From Octopus bimaculoides (lineage: Eukaryota), in the NCBI RefSeq assembly GCF_001194135.2, contig NC_069004.1, positions 11,491,343 through 11,554,688 of the forward strand: DNA of 63,346 bases. Reading direction: 5' to 3'. A model generated the notes under the pieces. That model was not told the DNA's origin, made no database searches, and saw nothing but the letters and a program-made list of their open reading frames with translations. The translations under genes and the position numbers were made by a program. Positions 12,801 to 24,000 of the stretch are shown piece by piece (the stretch's first letter is position 1; each line of letters starts with the position of its first letter).

Positions 12801-15800
12801 NNNNNNNNNNNNNNNNNNNNNNNNNNNNNNNNNNNNNNNNNATATTTGTATTGTAGAAATATAACCAGTTTATTGTACATAAATTTTAACAGCCAAATCC
12901 TATGGACCTTGATTGAGAATCACAATCGTATAGCATTGTACTCTGCCTAATTCATTGTTTCCTAAATATTTGCATGTCTGTACATGACATAAGGGTTCTG
13001 AATTTTCCTCAATATTTCATCATCATCATCATCGTTTAACGTCTGCTTTCCATGCTAGCATGGGTTGGACGATTTGACTGAGGACTGGTGAACAAGATGG
13101 CTACACCAGGCTCCAATCTGATTTGGCAGAGTTTCTACAGCTGGATGCCCTTCCTAATGCCAACCACAGAGTGTAGTGGGTTGCCAGTCAGGCGGTACTG
13201 GCAACGGCCACGCTCAAAATGGTGTATTTTACGTGCCACCTGCACAGGAGCCAGTCCAGCAGCACTGGCAACGATCTCGCTCGAATGTCTTTACACATGC
13301 CTTCGGCACAAGTGCCAGGAAGGCGACGCTGGGCACATGTGCCATCCCGATTTCGCTTTCGCNNNNNNNNNNNNNNNNNNNNNNNNNNNNNNNNNNNNNN
13401 NNNNNNNNNNNNNNNNNNNNNNNNNNNNNNNNNNNNNNNNNNNNNNNNNNNNNNNNNNNNNNNAAGCCGAGTTTCGTGTCCAATGAAGGAGACGACGTTG
13501 GCATGGGTGCCAGTCGTTGAATTTAGTTCGATTTCGATTTGTTTTTGTTATTGCTTTTTTATCACGTAAAAACCAAATGCCAGACCTTTCTATAGCCAAA
13601 GTGCCACCGTTAACTCTTTAGCATTCAGATTACTTTCCCAAATGAAGACACGTGGCTCTGTGGGTAGGGCGTCAGACTCAAAATCATGAGGTAGTGAGTT
13701 CGATTTCCGGACCAGGCTGCGTGTTGTGTTCTTGAGCAAGACACTTTATTTCACGTTGCTCCAGTTCACTCAGCTGTAGAAAAGAGTTGCAACATCACTG
13801 GTGCCAAGTTGTATCAGCCTTTGCCTCTCCATTGGATAACATCGGTAACATGGAGAGGGGAGGCTGGTATGCATGGGCAACTGCTGGTCCTCCACAAACC
13901 ACTTTGACTGGACTTGTGCCTTGGAGGGTAACTTTCTTGGTGCAATCCTTTGGTCATTGTTCTGTGTTCAAATTCCAGCAAGGTTGACTTGACCTTTCAG
14001 AGGTTGATGAAATAAATACCAGTCAAGTCCTGGGGTCGATGTAATTGACTAGTTCCCCCCCTCCACCAAAATTAAAGGATTGTTCTTAAGAAATGATAAT
14101 CTTTACAATTATATTATTGAAATTGAGCACTGATCCCTTCCCCTTAGAATTCAAGCTTTGTGCCTATTGGAGAAAGGAGTATTATTAGCCCTTTCAATAC
14201 CAGCCCAGCTGAAACCGTCTCTTCCACCAAACCTTAGTCACAATTTATGTTCCTAACACCAGCTTAATGATAACCAAGTTATTTTACTAAATTCTTTGTT
14301 ATATTCAAAATTAATTGAAAGAAATACAGAGCATCTCAAAATAAATACGGTAACGAAAGGGTTAAGGCAGTGAGCTGGTTGTATCGTTAGCATGCCAGGT
14401 GAGATGCTGAGTGGAATTTTGTCCATTTTTTACATTTTGAGTTCAAATTCTGCCATGGTTGACTTTTACCTTTTTTTTTACTTTCCAGAAATTCTTAAAA
14501 TAAGTACCAGTTAAACACTGGGGTCTCTTCTAAAAAATTGCTAGCCTTGANNNNNNNNNNNNNNNNNNNNNNNNNNNNNNNNNNNNNNNNNNNNNNNNNN
14601 NNNNNNNNNNNNNNNNNNNNNNNNNNNNNNNNNNNNNNNNNNNNNNNNNNNNNNNNNNNNNNNNNNNNNNNNNNNNNNNNNNNNNNNNNNNNNNNNNNNN
14701 NNNNNNNNNNNNNNNNNNNNNNNNNNNNNNNNNNNNNNNNNNNNNNNNNNNNNNNNNNNNNNNNNNNNNNNNNNNNNNNNNNNNNNNNNNNNNNNNNNNN
14801 NNNNNNNNNNNNNNNNNNNNNNNNNNNNNNNNNNNNNNNNNNNNNNNNNNNNNNNNNNNNNNNNNNNNNNNNNNNNNNNNNNNNNNNNNNNNNNNNNNNN
14901 NNNNNNNNNNNNNNNNNNNNNNNNNNNNNNNNNNNNNNNNNNNNNNNNNNNNNNNNNNNNNNNNNNNNNNNNNNNNNNNNNNNNNNNNNNNNNNNNNNNN
15001 NNNNNNNNNNNNNNNNNNNNNNNNNNNNNNNNNNNNNNNNNNNNNNNNNNNNNNNNNNNNNNNNNNNNNNNNNNNNNNNNNNNNNNNNNNNNNNNNNNNN
15101 NNNNNNNNNNNNNNNNNNNNNNNNNNNNNNNNNNNNNNNNNNNNNNNNNNNNNNNNNNNNNNNNNNNNNNNNNNNNNNNNNNNNNNNNNNNNNNNNNNNN
15201 NNNNNNNNNNNNNNNNNNNNNNNNNNNNNNNNNNNNNNNNNNNNNNNNNNNNNNNNNNNNNNNNNNNNNNNNNNNNNNNNNNNNNNNNNNNNNNNNNNNN
15301 NNNNNNNNNNNNNNNNNNNNNNNNNNNNNNNNNNNNNNNNNNNNNNNNNNNNNNNNNNNNNNNNNNNNNNNNNNNNNNNNNNNNNNNNNNNNNNNNNNNN
15401 NNNNNNNNNNNNNNNNNNNNNNNNNNNNNNNNNNNNNNNNNNNNNNNNNNNNNNNNNNNNNNNNNNNNNNNNNNNNNNNNNNNNNNNNNNNTCGTTTCAT
15501 CTACCTTGCTGTATGCTTTTGTTCTCCATTGATACAAATATTATAGTTTTATAAAATGGCATACTCATAATGTTTGCTATTGATTTAGTTGTTGTTGTTG
15601 GGTATGTGTGTGTATGTATTGGTTTAAAATACTGACTTTATTAGATAAATAATGCTGTCTCTATGACCTACTTAACCAATTTCCTTATACTATATTCCTA
15701 AAATCCCAAACTACCATGTAGACCCCCCCCCCCACTACTTTCTAACATATTATGTGGGTTTTTTTATTTTTTATTTATCTTCTGTCACTACACCCTGAAG

Positions 15801-18800
15801 ATAATCTAACTGGGCAGAAGGAAGTAAATAAGATGTATGAGGACCTGTTAATGGAAACGAGCCACATGTGCACTACAGGGTGATTTGGATATGTATGCAA
15901 GACGATTTATATGTTAAAACATACCCTGCTAGATACAATATGATTTGGGGATGTGAATAATTTGAAAGGGATTTTCAAACCTTGTTCTTCTAATCATTTT
16001 GTTTGAAACCCAGTGAAATCTGAAGTTATAACCAAGACCAAGTCTTTGTCACAGACATAAATTATTACGTGCGGGTGACACGTAAAAGCACCCACTACAC
16101 TCTCTGAGTGGTTGGCGTTAGGAAGGGCATCCAGCTGTAGAAACTCTACCAAATCAGATTGGAGCCTGGTGTTGCCATCCGGTTTCACCAGTCCTCAGTC
16201 AAATCGTCCAACCCATGCTAGCATGGAAAGCGGACGTTAAACGATGATGATGATGATGATGAAACACTAATGTATAATAGATATCACTGCTTTTCAGGTG
16301 GTTACAGTCCCTGTCAGCATGTATGTATACAGTTATGTGCTTTGATAGATACATATATATATGCGTGTGTGTGTGTGTGTGTAAGAAGGGGAAAAAAAGG
16401 ATTAAAAAATCCAGGCAGAAATCAGTAAAGTACTAAGTTTTGAATGAATTTGATTAGCTCTATCAAACGATCAGACACCAATAATGCAAGGAGAATACAC
16501 ATCTGAGGTAATTCCTCATATATGACAAGTAGATCCAAATATCGTTTGGAAGAATTTCAAGAAATTCAGAGTATCAGACAACAAATATATGGATGAAGAA
16601 AATCATTTCTTTAATATTTTCTTAGTTCACTTTGAATTTAACTAATTTTGGATTACTTTGAAAATGTGTTAATATGTATTTTCAGCTATAATAATTTTTT
16701 AATATGATATTTTCTGTATCGAAATGTGTTGATACAACAGAAATGATCATCAGCTTTGTACGGTGAATTCAACAATTAAAGATGTGATTTTTCTCTATCT
16801 GTATTTTTGTTATATATATATATATATATATACCGGAGTAAGCACATGAAATGTGCAACAAGGTGGAAAAAAGAGTACTCAAATACCAGAGGTAGAGTAA
16901 TATGCTTTATTTAAAAGCAGCAGAAATATAACAAAAAAACCGTTACTCTGAGTTTCACGTTCCCGTTCATCGGACAGTTTTGTTAGAAATGGAGGAAGGA
17001 TAACGATGCATCGTTATCCTTCCTCCATTTCTAACAAAACTGTCCGATGAACGGGAACGTGAAACTCNNNNNNNNNNNNNNNNNNNNNNNNNNNNNNNNN
17101 NNNNNNNNNNNNNNNNNNNNNNNNNNNNNNNNNNNNNNNNNNNNNNNNNNNNNNNNNNNNNNNNNNNNNNNNNNNNNNNNNNNNNNNNNNNNNNNNNNNN
17201 NNNNNNNNNNNNAGGAGGCGACACCAGGCTCCAATCTGATTTGGCAGAGTTGCTACAGCTGGATGCCCTTCCTAACGCCAACCACTCTGAGAGCGTAGTG
17301 GGTGTTTTATGTGCCACCGGCACGAGGGCCAGTCAGGCGGAACTGGCGTATGTATATATATATATATATATATATATTTATAAAACTTTGGCGTTAGGAA
17401 GGGCATCCAGCTGTAGAAACTCTGCCAGATCAGATTGGAGTCTGGTGCAGCCATCTGGTTCACCAGTCCTCAGTCAAATTGTCAAACCCATGCTAGTATG
17501 GAAAGCGGACGTTAAACGATGATGATGATGATAAAACTGAGGTTTTGGCTATTATTGGCTTTACAGCATCACGTGAGGTAGTCTTTTAAGTCCTGTTTTA
17601 GGACATCATAGCCATCTCAAAATAAGTTGTTGTGGCTTATTGAGATGTATCTGGGTGTTGGTGGTTTGTCTGGTATTTCTTGGTGGAATTTCAGTGCTAT
17701 TTAAATATTATGGAGTCTGTTTTTCTTCTTGTATTGAAATGTCCACAACTTAAGATCTTGTCTTCCTGTTTGGTGATGAGGGCATCATGTTGGCAGAAAC
17801 TATACAGGGCAGAGAGTTTTTCCCAAATGAGCAGGGAAAACCTATGTGAGCGAAGTTGGCTCTGCTTGTTGTGGCACGTATTGACAAATTGGCTCGAGGT
17901 GCTGAACTCTGCTCCGTGGCAGGTGTCCAGTCCAGTGAGATGGTCAGTGGCTCAAGCTCTTGAATCAGACCTGGCCTTCAAATGTTTGCTTGCTTGCTTG
18001 TGAATAAGAAGGCGCTGCAGTTTGGCACGGTGCAGGAAGTGTTCAGTGTCAGTTTATGGGTGAGAAACTTCTTCGGAGGGCCTGTAAGGGATAAGGGGAC
18101 ATTCAGCTTCAAAGAGAAAAGTTAAAGGATGGAGCAACACCAGCAGGTAGAGGGGTGATGGGCATGGTAGTAGGAAGGGGTTGAAGAGGTGGGAAGGCAG
18201 TAGAGGGAATGTGTGTGTGTGTGTGTATCATCGTCATAATGTTTAACATCTGTTTTCCATGCTGGCATAGGTTGGATGTTTTGACATGGAGCTGTCCAGA
18301 CTCAAGTTGTCTGTTGTGGAATGGTTTCTATGGCTGGATGCCCTTCCTACCACCAACCACTTAAGTGTGTGCTGGCTGCATTTACACAGCACCAGCACAA
18401 GTGCATTTTATGTGGCACTGGCATCTGTAAAGGACAAACCTGTATGTATGGAAGACAGTGATTTTACTTAGCTATTCGAGCGTGGTCGTTGCCAAAAACA
18501 ACATTCAAGCATGGTCGTTGCCAGTGCCGCCAGACTGGCTCCCGTGCAGGTAGCACGTAAAAACACCTTTTGAACGTGGTCGTTGCCAAAACCGCCTGAC
18601 TGGCCCTCATGCTGGTGTCACATAAAAGCGCCCACTACACTCTCGGAGTGGTTGGCGTTAGGAAGGGCATCCAGCTGTAGAAACTCTGCCAGATCAGATT
18701 GGAGTCTGATGCAGCCTTCTGGCTCACCAGTCCTCAGTCAAACCGTCCAACCCATGCCAGCATGGAAAGCAGATGTAAACCGACGATGATGATTATGATG

Positions 18801-20959
18801 ATATATACACACAATGACTATAAGTAGATGTGTGTATAGGTGTTTGATCCCTATTGATCGGTTTTGAAAAGAAAATTTCTACATTGTATTGTCCCCTTTG
18901 TGTTTGGCCCTGCGTGGCCTAATGAAAAAAAATCTGAATGTAAATTTGTGCATAGCTGCATGTAAACCAATGTGGTAGACATACAAACACCTTAAACTTC
19001 TCTGTAGATTAAAAGAAAATTATGAACATCCTAAATCGATTTTCAACCCTTATTGGGATCTCATCAGGGATATCTACATTGCTAGACCCATATGTATGTA
19101 TATAATGTATGTGCATGTGCGTATATACGTATCAGATTTGGTTGCTTTTATTAGCAGACTCAGTGACCCTGTCCCACTTTTATGTCGACTTGAGTAACTG
19201 TATCCAAAGGGTTGCTGTTATGGTTGCATTCCTTAACCCTTTTGTTACCAACTTGACCAAACCCCTAGTTCTGTAAAACAAATGTCCTGTTTTAGAGTGA
19301 TTTAACCCTTTAATATACAGATTACTCTCTCTCAAATGTAATGCACTTTTCTTTGAATTAATCCTGTATTATCCTCATAGCTTTGAGATTTTGAAGAGGT
19401 GTGGTTGTGTGGTAAGAAGCTTGCTTCCTAACCACATGGTTCCAGGGTTCAGTCCCACTGCGTGGCACCTTGGGCAAGTGTCTTCTATAGCCTTGAGCTG
19501 GCGAAAGCCTTCTGAGTGGATTTGGTAGACAGAAACTGAAATAAGCCCATCATATATATTTATATGTATATATTTGTGTGTGGTTATGTGTTTGTCTCCC
19601 CCCCCCTCCCATCACTGCTTGACAACCAGTGTTGTGTGTTTGTGTCCCTGTAACTTTGCGGTTCAGCAAAACAGGCCAATAGAATAAGTGCTAGGCTTCA
19701 AAAATTAAGTCCTGAGGTTGATTTCAATGTGGTGCTCCAGCATGGCTGCAGTCAAATGACTGAAACAAGTAAAAGAATAAAAGAATGTGATTGTATATAT
19801 TTAGACTGATATTATAGGGTAGGTGTGAGGAACTAGATCTAGCTGGTTTGAACATTAAACAGGTAGAATATCTGGGCTGGATATGGCCGGTTTAAATGCT
19901 AAAGGGTTAAATTTAAACCTTGTATCAAAAATTCAATGTTTATTTATTTTAAACACTAGCTTAATAATGACAAAATTATTTCACTAAATACTTCGTTATT
20001 TTCATGATTGACTACAAAGGCAGTGTATGTCATCAGAATTATGCTAACAAAAGGGTTAATTGTGCCCCATTTGTTTGAATCATGTGTCTTGATGACATCA
20101 TTGTGATTTTTGCGGTGGAATGGCATAACTTATATAGCGTTGTTGGACTAAAATGTTAGTTATATCCCTACACATTGTGAGTTCAAATCTTGCTGTGGTT
20201 GAACTTGGTTGTTTTGCATTCATGTTCGATGAAATGAACCCCCAGGAAATTACTGCTATGTACAGGAGTCAACTGCACTGTCTTTCTGGTTCACCCACAA
20301 ATCATTGATCTTGTACCCCATTTAATTTCAATTCTCCCCACTCAGGTTGATGACAAACCCCCAGCAAAATCTGGGGCCCTTAAGCTGATGTCAGTGATTA
20401 TTATAATTATTTTGCTGCGCATAGGAAAATCAGAAAAAAAAAAAAATTCTTAATTATCTCATGTGAGAAATCCTTAATTAGTTTTTGGTGCAGCCTAAAG
20501 CACTGCACAGTAAATCCCCCACCCCCACTGCACTCTCCTTCACCTCATTTATGGAGTCTGGTGTCCCTGGAAGAAATCAATATTCTTCATAGTTCTTTAA
20601 AAGCTCTGACCAATTGGAACTGCTCTCTCTCTTTCTCTCTCTCTGTGTTTCTGTTTTTATTGATTATCTTTGCCTCAATACCTATTGATTTGACCTCATC
20701 TATTAATCTAATTTCCTAACCACTCACTTCTCGGTCACTCTAACTTCCCCCCACTTTTCCTCCATCATCTCTCTCTCTCTGTTTGCATTTTTCTGTCTCT
20801 TTCCATCTTCAATCTCTCTCTTTCTCCCCCCCCCCTCTCTCATCTTCACTCTCTTTCTCAAAGAAGCGATCAAACCAAAATCAAAGACTGATAGTGGTAG
20901 AAGGTGGTACTAAAATGATTCTCTCTCTTGTACACATGCACGCATACATTTATGTATAC

Positions 20960-21038
<79 letters not shown>

Positions 21039-24000
21039 CTAGAAACATACCTAATATTGTCTGGTAGATAAAGCACTCAATCATTGGCTAATTAGTTTGA
21101 TTAAATCCTGATAATTCTGTATAAATCATTTCTAGCACATTGTATTATCTGTTATATATAATTTTTTGTTTTTAATTGCTTGCTTTTCAACAACTCGCAA
21201 TGAAAGGAAACAATATGTGGTTGAGTTGAGAAATAAGCATTTTATGAGAGCATAGCTTTTCATTTTGTACTTTTGGCCGAGGGTTCTGTTTTAAGCAAAG
21301 GACATACTCAGTTATTCTGAATTAGTTCTCTTCCCTGTGTAACTGTAACAGTAAGCTCTATACCCTAATCCTAGTTTGTGTTTAAGTGTTAGTTTTGTTG
21401 TCGGTTTAACTCTTTAGCATTTAAACTGGCCATATCAGGCTCATATAATCTAGCTGTTTATGTTTAGGCTGGCCATATTCAGCCTCTCACACCTACTCTA
21501 CAATGTCAGTTGAAAAATAAACACTGTGAATCGATAAGCATTACATTTGGCAGAGTAATCTGAATGCTAAAGAATTAGAGTTTAGGGTTGCACAAAGACG
21601 AGAAATGATTTTTTTCTTCTTTTTTTTTTTTGCTTTCTAATATCAATATATATGTGATTTGTGTGGAGGCGCAATGGCCCAGTGGTTAGGGCAGCGGACT
21701 CGCAGTCATAGGATCGCAGTTTCGATTCCCAGACCGGGTATTGTGAGTGTTTATTGAGCGAAAACACCTAAAGCTCCACGAGGCTCCGGCAGGGGATGGT
21801 GGCGAACCCTGCTGTACTCTTCCACCACAACTTTCTCTCACTCTTACTTCCTGTTTCTGTTGTGCCTGTAATTCAAAGGGTCAGCCTTGTCACACTGTCA
21901 CGCTGAATATCCCCGAGAACTACGTTAAAGGTACACGTGTCTGTGGAGTACTCAACCTCTTGCACATTAATTTCACGAGCAAGTTGTTCTGTTGATCATA
22001 TCAGCTGGGACCCTCGTAGTCGTAACCGACAGAGAGCTCCACATTCATCCTTTTGGGGGTGAGGGTCATTAATCTAAGTACCAGTTGTGGTACTGGTATT
22101 TTTATTGCATATTTAAGCCTTTAGTATTCAGATTATTCTGCTAAATGTAATGCTCATTTATTCACATTGTTTTGAATAAATCTTTCATTATCTCATATCT
22201 TTGGAATTTTGGTGAGGTGATAGTATATGTGTGTTCTTGAGCAAGACACTTTATTTCACGTTGCTGTAGTTCACTCAGCTGTTGCGACGTCACAGGTGCC
22301 AAGCTGTATTGGCCTCTGCCTTTCCCTCGGATAACACTGGTGGCATGGAGAGAGGAGGCCGGTATGCATGGGCGACTGCTGGTCTTCCATAAACAACCTT
22401 GCCCGGACTTGTGCCTGGGAGGGTAATTTTCTAGGTGCAATCCCATGGTCATTCATGACCGAAAGGGGGGTCTCAGATAGTATATTTTTAGTATGACATA
22501 GGAGAGCAGATGTGAGAGGCCAAATCTGGCCAGTTTGAGCATAAAACAGGTAAAATATTTAGGCCAGATGTGGCTGGTTTGAATGTTAAAGGGTTAATAT
22601 AATCAGTTTCCCATTTGCCTTAAAATTGCTGGCCTTGTGCCAAAATTAGAAAGAAATTGGATCAGTTTGTTTTTATCAGCCCAAAGGAAGCACCATGCAA
22701 ATTTGGACCTTTTCAGAATTTGAACTCCTGATGTTGCGATGAAAGTAAAAACAGCAGGCCATTATTATATCTCTAACCTTCTACCAGTTCAGCCAACTAC
22801 ATTAACAGCATAAATAATTAATAAATATATATTTCTGCCTAACTAAATAAATTTCTGTGACCTTTTCTACTTAGAGAATCTATCAGCTTTCCATCACTCA
22901 TTAAATGTACTAAACAGCTCTTGATCATTTACATAATAAGAGCATTCCCCCCTTTCTTTGTCCATTATGTACATGTGTGTGTGGCATTTTATCTCTTGCT
23001 TTCTATTTTTAATGATGTTCTCCTTTATCCGTGTCCAGCCGTTTCAAGTATTATTACTCCAATAAGCATTAAGCCGTAATAAATATCCAATGGATTGACT
23101 TGGAAACACTAAGCTGAAATTGATAAGTTAAGGAAGAACAAAGCGAAAACAGTGGAACTAATTAATTATAAAAATGCTACCCGATCCCCATCCTTGCTAC
23201 TCTCCTTCCCGTGTCTTGCCCTCTGTTTTTTTACTCCGCTTCATTTTCCTTTGGTGGTTGCTAGTATTGTATTGTCTCACTCACTCAAAGCCCCTTGGAT
23301 TTTATATCTGTTTCTGTTAATCAGCTCTCACTAATCACTAGTAATTATCGATAACCAAGCACTTGTCATTATCACTCTTCTTTCCCTACTTCCACCCCCT
23401 CCACCTGTTCTTCTTCGTTTTTGTCCAGTGGCTCCATTGTCAAGTTGAGGTGGCCAAGGTGGACGTAGGTATTTGACTAACATGCCCCATGAGTCATCAT
23501 CATAATTTAACGTCCATTGCCCATGCTGGCATGGGTTGGAAGGTTTGACTAGAACTGGCAAGTCAGAGAGCTGCACCAGGCTCCCGTCTGATTTGGCTTG
23601 GTTTCTATGGCTGGGTGCCCTTCCTAACACCAACCACTTTACAGAGTGTGCTGGATGTTTTTACATGGCACTGCACATGTGCTTTTACATGGTGCCTCAC
23701 TGGTGCTTTTACAGGCACTTTTACGTAGCACCACCACGAGTGCTTTTTATGTGGCACCCTCACAGGACTCTTGCAGGTCAGTCCTCTCTACCAGGGAGAC
23801 AATACTTAACACTTCTGTTGTGGAGCAAGGGTCCAGGCATCTCAGGGAATTCTACAGGGAAAAAAAATCAAGCAGCATTTCAGCTCTGAGTATATGCGTG
23901 TGTATGTAAAAGGAGGTATGTGAATGCTTGTGTGTGTGTGTGTTTGTATACAAGGGAAATATATGAATGTGTGAACCAATGTTCTTTCAGTAACAAATGA

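Larger units (their letters stand above)
16831..17067. mobile_element. Foldback element (inverted pseudo-LTR-like, Penelope-type) inserted in (TA)n; contains a perfect 118-bp palindrome at 16950-17067
   Basis: The two 59-bp arms are exact reverse complements with no spacer (centre ATGCAT). The outer arm 16831-16938 matches the reverse complement of 570-676. The right end is lost in a 145-nt gap. Confidence 0.7.

Noticed and set aside
14551-15491. Missing NET1 exons hidden in N gaps (also 37733-38727 and 52884-53401)
   Set aside because: The assembled CDS is already frame-complete and collinear with vertebrate NET1. Optional exons in gaps cannot be excluded but are not needed.
16170-16205. 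CUGAGGA...GAAA hammerhead-like core on the minus strand of the GAT-tailed retroposon
   Set aside because: There is no stem II pairing, no U16.1 to pair with A15.1, and no convincing stem I.
21663-21740. SINE heads as functional tRNA genes (also 27459-27535 and 31415-31490)
   Set aside because: They have A and B boxes but no closed acceptor stem, and they continue into multi-copy SINE bodies.
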